64,000 bases of DNA from Marsupella aquatica (lineage: Eukaryota > Plantae > Marchantiophyta): NCBI GenBank assembly GCA_973895155.1, contig OZ316897.1, positions 9,385,832 through 9,449,831 of the forward strand. The letters run 5' to 3'. The notes under the pieces were generated by a model that was not told the origin of the DNA, searched no databases, and worked only from the letters and a program-made list of their open reading frames with translations. A program made the position numbers and the translations under genes. Shown piece after piece: positions 24,013 through 33,614 of the stretch (position 1 is its first letter; every line of letters starts with the position of its first letter).

Positions 24013-24497
24013 CGCTCAGTCAGCAATCTCTTCTGGCGCAGCTCCACTCTTCCCTCAATCAGGGTCGCCACCTCCTCTATATCAATCATCGGTAATGAGC
24101 GCTACTAAACTTGGTTTCAAAAAACACTCGTCGTTTCTCTTCTTCGACCCATTAGACGTCACAATCCCTCGCCGTACTTGAGATCATTCCAAAATTTCAA
24201 CTTATGCTGGACGCTTCAGAAAGCAGCCCAAATCCGGACGGAAATCCTGAGTCAGCAAGTTGACGCCTCCGAAGTGCATCTCCTGGACGCTTCAGAAAGC
24301 GTCGTCTACTGGTCGTGGAGCGGACGCCTCAGAAAGCGTCCCATCGGTCCCGCTTCGCGAAATCAGTCCACAATGCTGGACGCTTCAGAAAGCGTCTCAA
24401 AATTTTTTTAAAAAATTTTCCAAACATAATCTTTTAATCTACTATTCTAAGCCCTTCCATACTAGTATTTCTTATAGATATAAAATATACCTATCCC

Positions 24498-24512
24498 AGC
24501 CCTCCACTCAAA
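24498..24512 (-). promoter_or_regulatory. Second (internal) PPT right after the integrase stop
   Basis: AGCCCTCCACTCAAA is identical to 21720-21734. Confidence 0.8.
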
Positions 24513-27500
24513 CTACGACATGTCCTCATGCGCGGAATAGAAGTGATAGGGCTTTAATCTAAAGCCATTAATTCTAGTGTCTAAGGGGGATCCATCTAAA
24601 GTGGTTAAGGATACAGAACCATTAGGCCATATGTTCTCAATTCGATAAGGGCCGATCCAATGGGTATGTAATTTACCCGGAAAAAGCATGTAGCGGGAAT
24701 CAAAAACTAACACTAAATCATTATTAGCTAGCTTAACCTGTTTAAGCTTTTTATCATAAGAGTGTTTCCGGTTTGCTTGGACTACAGCAGTATGTTCTAA
24801 GGCTAAAAGTCTATTTTCTTCTAATTTCATAATATCAACAAACCGACTCTCGATACTTGCTTCAGGGGTGAATCTCTCAGGAATAAGTAAGCGCTCAGTA
24901 GGAATGGAAAACTCAATAGGGATAATACTATCAACCCCATAAGTTAAATAAAATGGGGTTCTAAGGGTGGTAATCTTTTCAGCAGTACGGTAAGCCCAAA
25001 GCGCAGAGTGCAATTTTACATCCCAGTCAGTCTTGTGAGATTCCACCATCTTATTCAGAATCTTGCCCATAATGCCATTAGCTCTCTCCGTTAAGCCATT
25101 AGCTCGGGGGTTGTAAGGAGTAGTTTTGCGATGCTTGATAAGATATATGTCAGTAATTAACTCAATAGTTGAGTTAAGAAAATGTAGACCCCTATCGCTG
25201 ACCAACTCCAAAGGACACCCGAACCGAGTAATAATATGCTCAAAGAGAAAAGCAGCCGCTGTTGTAGCATCATTCTTGCGAGTGGCTTTAGCCTCCACCC
25301 ATTTGGTGGCATAATTAGTGGCCAGAATAATGTATTTGCTACGACTTTTCCTAGCGGCTGGTGAAATTGGGCCTACAAAATCAATACCCCATTTCTCAAA
25401 GGGGGCCAAAGGAAGGATGGGAGTGAGTGGCCATTTAGAAGATGCAGTGGGTTTGCCTACTCGTTGGCATGGATCACAGGTTTTAATAAAATTGTAGGTG
25501 TCCTTGTGCATTGTGGGCCACCAATATCCGGCATCTTGAATTTTCTTAACAGTGGTGGTAACTGCATAGTGTCCGCCTGTCTCACCAGAATGTAAGGCTG
25601 CAATTACCTGTGGAATTTCTCTCATCTCAAGGCAACGCCGTAACCTTTGATCAGGGCCTTGCTTAAATAAGGTGCCTTTGATAATTGTATAAGGACCTAC
25701 CTTATGTGCAAAAACAGCCCTCTCCTCTGCATTAAGTCCTTCTGGAAAGACCCCATACAGCAACATCTTCACAATATCAAAATATTTTGAGGACTCGCCT
25801 TCAATGTGCCAAAGGTGCTCATCCGAAAAGTCGTCAGAGAGGTTGTGGTCATTCTCTGTACCTGGAAGTCTAGACAAGAAGTCGGCATTCTCATGGTGTT
25901 TCCCTGGACGGACTTGCACCTCGTAATCAAATTCCTGAAGCAGGAGGACCCATCTAGCCACCCTCCCCGACAGGTCAACTTGATTAACCAGGTATTTCAA
26001 AGAATGATGGTCCGTGTGAAAGATGATCTGATATCCAAGAAGATAATGACGAAACTTTTTGCAGGCAAAAACAATGGCTAAGGCTTCTCTTTCGGTAACT
26101 GTATAGTTTTTCTCAGCAGCACTCATCTGCCTACTGGCATAATAAATGGGATGATCCCTATTGTCGTCATCCTTTTGACTCAAGTTAGCTCCGATGCAGA
26201 AGGCAGATGAGTCAATGAAAACATGAAACTTCCTACTCCAATCTGGTGGGGAGAGAATGGGCGCAGTCACAAGGCGGTCCTTTAGTGTTTGAAAAGCTTG
26301 CTGTCTTTCTTCATTCCAAACATAAGGTTCATTTTGTTTGAGCAATTTGGTCAGAGGCATAGCAATATCAGCATGTTTATGAATGAATCTGCGATAATAC
26401 CCGACATGCCCTAAGAAGGCACGGAGTTGCTTCAAATCCGTCGGAGGTTGAAGTTCCACGATCACCCGGACCTTTTCTTTGTCCACCTCTATGCCACGCT
26501 GAGAAATGACATGGCCGAGCAAGATACCTTCCTGCATTCCGATGAAGCACTTCTCGGGGTGTAAGCACAATTGAGCTTCCCGACACTTCTGGAAAGTCTT
26601 ATTGAGGTGCATTAAATGGTCAGCCGCCGATCCATACACACAGAAATCATCGATGAAGATCTCCATGAAGTGCCGAAGGTACTCCTGAAAAATAATCATC
26701 ATGATACGCTGAAAAGTGCCTGGGGCATTACACAACCCAAATGGCATCATTGCATACGCATATGTACCCCAATCTGTTGTGAACGTGGTCTTGTCCCGAT
26801 CCTCCTTTCGAATGGAAACCTGGTTGTACCCAGAGTTTCCGTCCAGAAAAGTATACAACTCATGCAATGCGACCTGATCAAGCACTAGATCTATGAAGGG
26901 TAAGGGATAATGGTCCTTCCTGGTGGCTGCATTCAATTTCCGATAGTCCTGACACACGCGGATTTTTGTCTTTCCATCAGGTCCCGCCTTCTTGGGTACA
27001 ATGACAATGGGGGATACCCATTCACTACTCAAGACGGGGTAGATGAAACCAGCAGCAGTCAACTTATCTAGCTCCTCCTTCACAAGGATAGAGTACTTGG
27101 GGTTCAAACGGTACTGCCTTTGACGGACTGGCACTGCCCCTTCCATCAAGTCTATCCGATGCTCTCCCAGATGAGGGTGGATGCCCTTCAAATCTGAATG
27201 ACTCCATGCAAAAACATCCTTGTACTGGGTCAACAACTTAATGTACAAGTCCCGCAACTCACCCTGGATATGCTTTCCTATATTAAGGAACTTGCCAGGT
27301 TCAATCTCAACTTTTTGACAAGCCTTAGGGTCCACTATACCATCCGTTAGGCCTGCTGGCCTAAGCTCCAAATCACCAACATCAGACTCACTGATTTCCG
27401 GAGAGGGAGGGTGTCTTCCATTACCGGAGGATACGCCATGCATTTGCTGATCTGAGAATTGTTTCCCTGTATCATGGCCGACTCCTTGTAAGTTTGCTTT

Positions 27501-27521
27501 CTCCCCTTCCGGTGGAAATTG
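24513..27521 (-). CDS. pol: Gypsy RT-RNase H-integrase, open and in frame with gag-PR
   Basis: RVCQDYRKLN, MPFGLCNAP, FIDDF, EREALA, TDHHSL, HHCC zinc finger, WGIDFVGP, SDRG, GLTER, WIGPY. Confidence 0.95.
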   Translation of the reverse strand, partial: QFPPEGEKANLQGVGHDTGKQFSDQQMHGVSSGNGRHPPSPEISESDVGDLELRPAGLTDGIVDPKACQKVEIEPGKFLNIGKHIQGELRDLYIKLLTQYKDVFAWSHSDLKGIHPHLGEHRIDLMEGAVPVRQRQYRLNPKYSILVKEELDKLTAAGFIYPVLSSEWVSPIVIVPKKAGPDGKTKIRVCQDYRKLNAATRKDHYPLPFIDLVLDQVALHELYTFLDGNSGYNQVSIRKEDRDKTTFTTDWGTYAYAMMPFGLCNAPGTFQRIMMIIFQEYLRHFMEIFIDDFCVYGSAADHLMHLNKTFQKCREAQLCLHPEKCFIGMQEGILLGHVISQRGIEVDKEKVRVIVELQPPTDLKQLRAFLGHVGYYRRFIHKHADIAMPLTKLLKQNEPYVWNEERQQAFQTLKDRLVTAPILSPPDWSRKFHVFIDSSAFCIGANLSQKDDDNRDHPIYYASRQMSAAEKNYTVTEREALAIVFACKKFRHYLLGYQIIFHTDHHSLKYLVNQVDLSGRVARWVLLLQEFDYEVQVRPGKHHENADFLSRLPGTENDHNLSDDFSDEHLWHIEGESSKYFDIVKMLLYGVFPEGLNAEERAVFAHKVGPYTIIKGTLFKQGPDQRLRRCLEMREIPQVIAALHSGETGGHYAVTTTVKKIQDAGYWWPTMHKDTYNFIKTCDPCQRVGKPTASSKWPLTPILPLAPFEKWGIDFVGPISPAARKSRSKYIILATNYATKWVEAKATRKNDATTAAAFLFEHIITRFGCPLELVSDRGLHFLNSTIELITDIYLIKHRKTTPYNPRANGLTERANGIMGKILNKMVESHKTDWDVKLHSALWAYRTAEKITTLRTPFYLTYGVDSIIPIEFSIPTERLLIPERFTPEASIESRFVDIMKLEENRLLALEHTAVVQANRKHSYDKKLKQVKLANNDLVLVFDSRYMLFPGKLHTHWIGPYRIENIWPNGSVSLTTLDGSPLDTRINGFRLKPYHFYSAHEDMS

Positions 27522-30500
27522 TCAAAAAGGGTCCTCAGAAGCTAATCCAGTCTCCACAACTGGATCAGATAGGTAAACCTCCAAATAGCGTACCTCCTCC
27601 AACTCAAACTCCAATGGCTCCAGAATCAGGTTGGAATCCGAAAAGTCTGACGTATACCCGTCGTCAGTTTGCGTCTCGCCCTTATGATCCTCAGTAGCCC
27701 AACTCACCACCACCTTGGGTTTACCAAAAGACATCTCTTGAGCTTTCCAATTTACCTGCACTTGGGCTTTATACAACCAGGGGCGGCCTAACAAGACTGG
27801 AAAGCTGGAAGGTACCTCTGGACTTATTATCACATATTCCAAAGTAAAGGGAACACCAGCAATCAGAGTATCTACCTTACTTAATTTTCCCGCGGGAACA
27901 ACTCGAGATTGGTCCGCCATGCGCAGGATCTTGGGTGTTGGTTCAAACTTAGTAAATCCAAGATTAAATGCAGTTTGCTGAGTCATGAGGTTGACGCTGG
28001 AACCACCATCCACTGGTACTCTCCTCACAACACATCCTTGAATTTGTACGTCCAGCTCTGGTGGTCCCTTATCCTCCCATTCCAAACGTAATACATCCAC
28101 CTCTGGCAACTTACGCCGCCTTCGCTTTCCTGCCAACAATCCTCTCAATTGGCGTCTATAAACCGGGTTGTCTTGCAACAACTCACCAATGGTGATATGA
28201 GCAAGATGGCCCTTCACGTCTTCTACAATATCATATCCCTGTTGCTTTAACACAGGTCGTTCGGGCTCCTTCACCACTGGCTTCTGAATTGAATGCGAGG
28301 TGTGATCTTTAACTAGTTCCTCTAATTGAGCTTTTACTTCTGAAGAAATGTCAGGTAAAAAATATTTGGGATCATAGCGATCATAAGCTGGGTCCTGATC
28401 CTTGGGTAGGCCTTCCTCAAATGGAGCTCGTTCCTTCGGCTTAGGTCCCTTCTTTTGGTGCTTTGCTACTGCTCGTTTCTCCTCTTTCCGCTTGGAACGA
28501 GTAGTTGCATAGGTATCCGTTAGAACTTTATCCCGATCCTGAACTCGAGCATTAGGCATGCCCACCACCCCTGGCTTCACCAAGTGATCCACTAACACAT
28601 CAGGAACAATTCCGGCCAGTGGTTGAGCAAACGTGGAGTGGCCTGTCACTTCCACTCTGTTCACATCCCCATGGTGGATCATTCCACAATGCTCAACCTC
28701 TTCAGAGTACACCATCCTCACTTTAGCCTCTGGTCTGATTGTCTCCTTGACAGGCTCTTGAGCAAAGCGAACCATCATTTTTGTTTTAGGCGGATTTGGA
28801 CATTCCACAGGCAAGTGCCCTTCCTTGCCACAATTTCCACATATAGGGGTGTATCCCTCTTCTCTCTTCGGATACGGACATTGCGGTGAGTAGTGGTCCG
28901 GCTGACCGCAATTCCAACAGGATCCTTTCTGCCGTGGAGCTCCTCTAGGGGGGTATCCTCCTGGAGGTCCCATAGGCGGCCTGGGAACAGGTCTGTTGAA
29001 GGCAGGTTTTGGCGGTACCCAATTATTCATTGGTGGAGGGGCAGGTGGGAAATACTGACCTCCTAGTGTTGCCTGAACTGCATATGCCGGCTCGTATTCG
29101 TAATCTTCTACCTCCTCCGGTCCTTCCAAGTAATTTACTGCCATACGCCAATTTGGGCACTCCGTCGGATAGTGCCCTTGCTGATTACAATGGGTACACC
29201 ACACGTTTGTCCTCATGGTTGGTGGTAATCTTCGCACAGGTTTCACCGCAGCAATATGTACATTCAGCTTAGATAGCTTCCCGGTTATTTCCTCCATCAT
29301 GCGATCCATTTTTTTCTGAGTAGAAGTCTTAGGCTCTACCTTCGAGGTTGACTTCTTCTTCTTGGAGGCGGACTGTTCCGAATCTGAACTAGAACTAGAG
29401 CTAGCGCTCGCACTAGTGCTTGAATCCGTACTCTCATCGTCTTCACTACTGCTGCTGTCACTATCGTCCTTCTCCGAATCAGATTTAGACTTTGATTTTT
29501 TCTTCTTTTTCCTCTTATCTTTCTTCAAGTCTTTCCTCACTCGCTTTTTCTCAGAAATTTCAGAATCCACATACTTCTGTGCTGATTCCTGAACTTCCTC
29601 CAAAGTAGTACCACCTTCACGCCTGACATATCGAGCAATTCGGGACGGCAATCCGTTGATAAACCAATCCTTCACAGTAGACTTAGATGTGGCTGGATTA
29701 TACTGGTCCACCAAATCCAACAGTTTATCCGCATATTTCCTCACAGACCCATGTTTCTTCATGTGTAAATGAGAGATCCTAGCAAAAGCTCGAGCGGCAG
29801 ACCCCTCCTCTTTGTACTTAGCCAAGAAGGCAGCCTTCAACTTACCCCAGTCATGTTTATCTGGAAAGCGATCATACCACTTTTGAGCTCTCTTCTTCAT
29901 CAGTCCACCAAATAAATTAGCCTTTTCCGCATCTTGGCTTTGTCCATTTGAAGCTGCAGCAGCTTCAAATTCCTTCAAATAGACTTCTGCATCCTCTTTA
30001 GATGATCCAAAGAATCTATCATATCTCACATTGTTACGAGCCATTATAGTAGGACTTAGATTAGGGATGGGTAAGGCAGATCGGATGGCAAACGGATTAG
30101 TCCAAGTTTGAGGACTTAATACAAGAGAACTACTAGATTCTGAACTACTGCCAGAGCTCTTCTCGCCTGAAGACGACCCTTCTGATGAATTAAATGCTGT
30201 GAAGCCTTCAAGTTCTTCTAGAGTTGGATTCTGTTGTAAAATCCCTTCGACATCTGATGGTTTCCTTGAATGCTGTGGTGGACCAATCAACTTGGGTCCG
30301 GATCGCAAATTCACATATAAGGGTCTACTGGGTGCAGGATTTTCCAGAGTCCCTTGGGTTACCCTAGTCTGAATGGAGGTTACCTTCCTTGTCACACTTC
30401 CCGGTAAAGGGAATTCTGATGCTTGAAACTCAGACAGGAGGTCTCGAGGCTCCACTGCCTTGCTCGAGGATTCTGATTTATAAGAAGCTTTCCTCCATTT

Positions 30501-30530
30501 CTTTTTGATTTGGCGAGCTTCCTCCGACAT
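27522..30530 (-). CDS. gag: Gypsy Gag (three CCHC knuckles) fused to aspartic protease
   Basis: WFINGL gag core; CTHCNQQGHYPTEC, CWNCGQPDHYSPQC, CGNCGKEGHLPVEC; VPVDGGSSVNLM...VLLGRPWL. Confidence 0.95.
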   Translation of the reverse strand: MSEEARQIKKKWRKASYKSESSSKAVEPRDLLSEFQASEFPLPGSVTRKVTSIQTRVTQGTLENPAPSRPLYVNLRSGPKLIGPPQHSRKPSDVEGILQQNPTLEELEGFTAFNSSEGSSSGEKSSGSSSESSSSLVLSPQTWTNPFAIRSALPIPNLSPTIMARNNVRYDRFFGSSKEDAEVYLKEFEAAAASNGQSQDAEKANLFGGLMKKRAQKWYDRFPDKHDWGKLKAAFLAKYKEEGSAARAFARISHLHMKKHGSVRKYADKLLDLVDQYNPATSKSTVKDWFINGLPSRIARYVRREGGTTLEEVQESAQKYVDSEISEKKRVRKDLKKDKRKKKKKSKSKSDSEKDDSDSSSSEDDESTDSSTSASASSSSSSDSEQSASKKKKSTSKVEPKTSTQKKMDRMMEEITGKLSKLNVHIAAVKPVRRLPPTMRTNVWCTHCNQQGHYPTECPNWRMAVNYLEGPEEVEDYEYEPAYAVQATLGGQYFPPAPPPMNNWVPPKPAFNRPVPRPPMGPPGGYPPRGAPRQKGSCWNCGQPDHYSPQCPYPKREEGYTPICGNCGKEGHLPVECPNPPKTKMMVRFAQEPVKETIRPEAKVRMVYSEEVEHCGMIHHGDVNRVEVTGHSTFAQPLAGIVPDVLVDHLVKPGVVGMPNARVQDRDKVLTDTYATTRSKRKEEKRAVAKHQKKGPKPKERAPFEEGLPKDQDPAYDRYDPKYFLPDISSEVKAQLEELVKDHTSHSIQKPVVKEPERPVLKQQGYDIVEDVKGHLAHITIGELLQDNPVYRRQLRGLLAGKRRRRKLPEVDVLRLEWEDKGPPELDVQIQGCVVRRVPVDGGSSVNLMTQQTAFNLGFTKFEPTPKILRMADQSRVVPAGKLSKVDTLIAGVPFTLEYVIISPEVPSSFPVLLGRPWLYKAQVQVNWKAQEMSFGKPKVVVSWATEDHKGETQTDDGYTSDFSDSNLILEPLEFELEEVRYLEVYLSDPVVETGLASEDPF

Positions 30531-30584
30531 ACCTCATTCTTAGCAATAGTAAAACTTCTCTCCCCAGTTAATTGTCTTGCTACA

Positions 30585-30938
30585 TTACTGAATCCAGGTC
30601 GTACTCAGAAGTATTGAAGGAAGATGTGATTCATGAGGCCCCATTATGAAGAAATCCAGGTGGTACAGGCGATCACCAATTTGAATAGGTACTACCCTCA
30701 TCTCCCCCACAGGTTTAATCAATTGGCCATTGATCCAGAACTGTGTGTAAGTTGGTAAAATTGGTGCGAGAGCCAGATTCTGAGCCAAACGAATAGAAAG
30801 CAAATTAATTCGAGAGCCCCTGTCTATTGAAACTTCCTTAATCAGGTATCCCGCCAATCTCACCTGAGATTCAAAAGAACTTTGGATGGCTCTTGTGAAC
30901 ACATTGGAGGGATGCATGGTAGCTTTGATTACAAGCAT
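30585..30938 (-). CDS. Stand-alone retropepsin-like (aspartic protease) ORF upstream of gag
   Basis: 117 aa colinear with the element's own protease: VSIDRGSRINLL vs VPVDGGSSVNLM, LAQNLAL vs TAFNLGF, PVGEM vs PAGKL, ILLSTTWI vs VLLGRPWL. Confidence 0.75.
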   Translation of the reverse strand: MLVIKATMHPSNVFTRAIQSSFESQVRLAGYLIKEVSIDRGSRINLLSIRLAQNLALAPILPTYTQFWINGQLIKPVGEMRVVPIQIGDRLYHLDFFIMGPHESHLPSILLSTTWIQ

Positions 30939-31869
30939 CTTTCAATGCCACTCAAATTTTGAGAAAACACCCACTACAGATGGAAGCGGTCACCTTGGCT
31001 TTTCCCAAGGGGCATGCCTCTTGCACCTTGTGTCGAGGGATTCGAACAGGTATGTCCATTCAACTCTTGGGAATCCAAAGTGTCTGGAAACCCATTCAAT
31101 GCCTTGGAGATCTTCTCCTGACCCCTCTTCATATCCTTCTTTGGCTAGGTTTACCGCAGCACTTCCTATCTCCTCCTCCTATTGGGCCCCATTTCACCTT
31201 GAAGCATTGTACTAGCCAATTCCGAAATAGAAATTACAGTATATCTCTCCTGAGTAATCCTACCATTTAATCTCAGCATTACCAAATGCAAATTCAAACC
31301 TTCCCACCATATTATGGACAGCCAATGAACTCCCCTTCTACCCCTCACACTTAACACCCATGTTTGCACATATTGATTATGCAAATTCCTAACTCGTAGG
31401 GAGCCTAATGATCTAATGGGTGGGGGCATTCTTCAAGAATCCTCCACCCCTAAGGTTGGCTTACAGCCTAAGTATCTCAATAATTTTTAGCATTGGCTCT
31501 AACACTTATCCTAAACAAATTGATCTCTTCAATAAAAAGGGTAAAACTCTTTCCAAACTTCACCTATAATCCACTGATTATCTTAATCTCGATTCCTACA
31601 CACATAAATCTCTTTCTTCACATGGAAATCAAGCACCCTTGAGGCTATCCTTTTTGGCCTTAATTTCCTTCCTTCTCCTTCTCCTATTAAGGAGGGCTTC
31701 CTCCCTCATCATCTCCCGGAAAGCTTCCGGGGCATTTGCTAGGGTGAAGGGTCGAACCTCCAGCACCTGAATTGGCCATTGTCTTGAATCTTCCATTAAG
31801 TAACTCCTTCTGACCAATTCAATCTCCTCGGTTGGCATTCACTGCCTTGATATCAATCTATTCCATACT

Positions 31870-31889
31870 GTTCCCCGGCAGCGGCGCCA
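31870..31889 (-). promoter_or_regulatory. PBS, tRNA-Asp type
   Basis: Minus-strand TGGCGCCGCTGCCGGGGAAC, 9 nt after the 5' LTR; Athila-type PBS. Confidence 0.88.
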
Positions 31890-31898
31890 AAAATCATA

Positions 31899-33614
31899 TG
31901 TCGTATAGCCAAAAGAACAAAAAGGAACACTTTTTACATAAAGACTCGGAATATGATCCCTTTAAGAACAGATTTGGAAAGAATTGAATGAATTTATCTC
32001 TTTGAGTAATCTAAAGCTCTCAGCACATAGATTTCTTGTTTCTCACTAAAAGATTAAATAAACAAAACACCAAAGTAAATAAACTTCTGTCTTATGAGTC
32101 AAGAGAGAGTCAATTATGGTCTGAAAACTCTGATTAGCTATTGCCACTCCTTCAAAAAGGACTATGGTCTTAGAATAGACATAAAACAAGTCTCATAACT
32201 CACTAATTTCTCTCCTGACTAAATAAAATTGCATGATAAGGAACTTCCAATTTGCTAAACAAGTATTGCTCTGGTTACAAATGTAATGATATGACTTAAG
32301 ATGCCGGCAACATGGTTTGACATCAGCGATACGCAATTCCGTCAAACACTAAATCATATTCCATAAACAAAGTAACGGTACTGAATACTCTGAGAACCAA
32401 ACTTTACTTCTCACATATCAAACAACAACTCTTGAATTAGCTAGTGAATCTTGACCCTTCAAGCAAGCCTAGCAGTGAATTCAATGTAAGTCACAGAAGT
32501 TTGTAACTGAATTCAAGTATCAAGAAATTTCTTGAATTCATAAATTCAAACATAAGTTTTACTTCCATACAAGACTTTTCTTGTTAAAATGGAAGGAGGG
32601 AAACTAACAGAAGTCTGATTGGAATTGTCCCCCCTCTTCCGAATGGAAAAAACATGAGGTTTTATAAGTAAAGGTTCCCTTAACTGAAAAGGCATGACTT
32701 TTCAAACCTCAAATATCTAAAAGACAATCCTAAAAGAAATAAAGAAATGCATTGGAGACTTAGTGGACGCTTTGTAGAGCGTCGGTGCTTTCCGGTAAAA
32801 CTAATAAACAGTGGTGTTAGTCTAATTTTAACTTCTAAACTAAAAGTCGGAATGAGCTGAGACTTTTCTAGAGTACTCTACTACATATAATCTCTATGCT
32901 GGTAAAGTTTCAGACTTTTCTGAGGTCTCTAAGTGCCTCAAATAAATCGGTGAAAGTGGCACAGTGTTATAAAAGTGCGGAAATCAGAAATATTTCTAAG
33001 TGTCAGGAAGATAGTGGACGCTTCAGAAAGCGTCCAAACCCACAAAGGACTTTTGTGGACGCTTCAGAAAGCGTCGGTTGAATTTTGAGGTTTGGTCGCG
33101 GTGTCCGTCTTTCGGCCTTCAGGTGGGACGCTTCAGAAAGCGGCGAAGTCTGTCTTGGCGGACGCTTCAGAAAGCGTCGATTCTGCTTTGTCTTCGAACA
33201 CGGTCGGACGCTTCAGAAGGCGTCACTTCTCATGTGGACGCTTCAGAAAGCGTCTCATCGGACTTTGGGGTTAGCGGACGCTTCAGAAAGTGTCTTAAAG
33301 CGTCCGGTGTCTGGTTCGAATAGACGTTTCACGAAGCGTCTTCTGTTCCGTGGTATCGGTGAAGGACGGCTCAAAAAGCGTCGTGGTTAAGGGGGTCGCA
33401 TCTGGTTGGCAGCACACATGGACGCCTCAGCTGTCTTGAGGTTTATTGGCCTTGTAACTGGGGACGCTTCAGAAAGCGTCCTTAGTTAGACTAAGTGAGT
33501 TAACCGCCAAATGGAAAGTAGACGCTTCAGAAAGCGTCGTTTTTGCTCAAAAAGTTTGAAACGATTCAGATTTTTCTCTTATGGTCGTGTTTCAGCAAAA
33601 GTTTCCTTTCCACA
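31899..33614 (-). repeat. Gypsy 5' LTR (1716 bp)
   Basis: TG..CA; followed by TSD ATTGC. Confidence 0.97.

Larger units (their letters stand above)
20003..33614 (-). mobile_element. Young full-length Ty3/gypsy non-chromovirus (Athila-like PBS), 13.6 kb, with extra 5' and 3' ORFs
   Basis: Two 1716-bp TG..CA LTRs, TSD ATTGC (19998-20002, 33615-33619), tRNA-Asp-type PBS, gag-PR then RT-RH-INT, no chromodomain seen. Confidence 0.97.
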
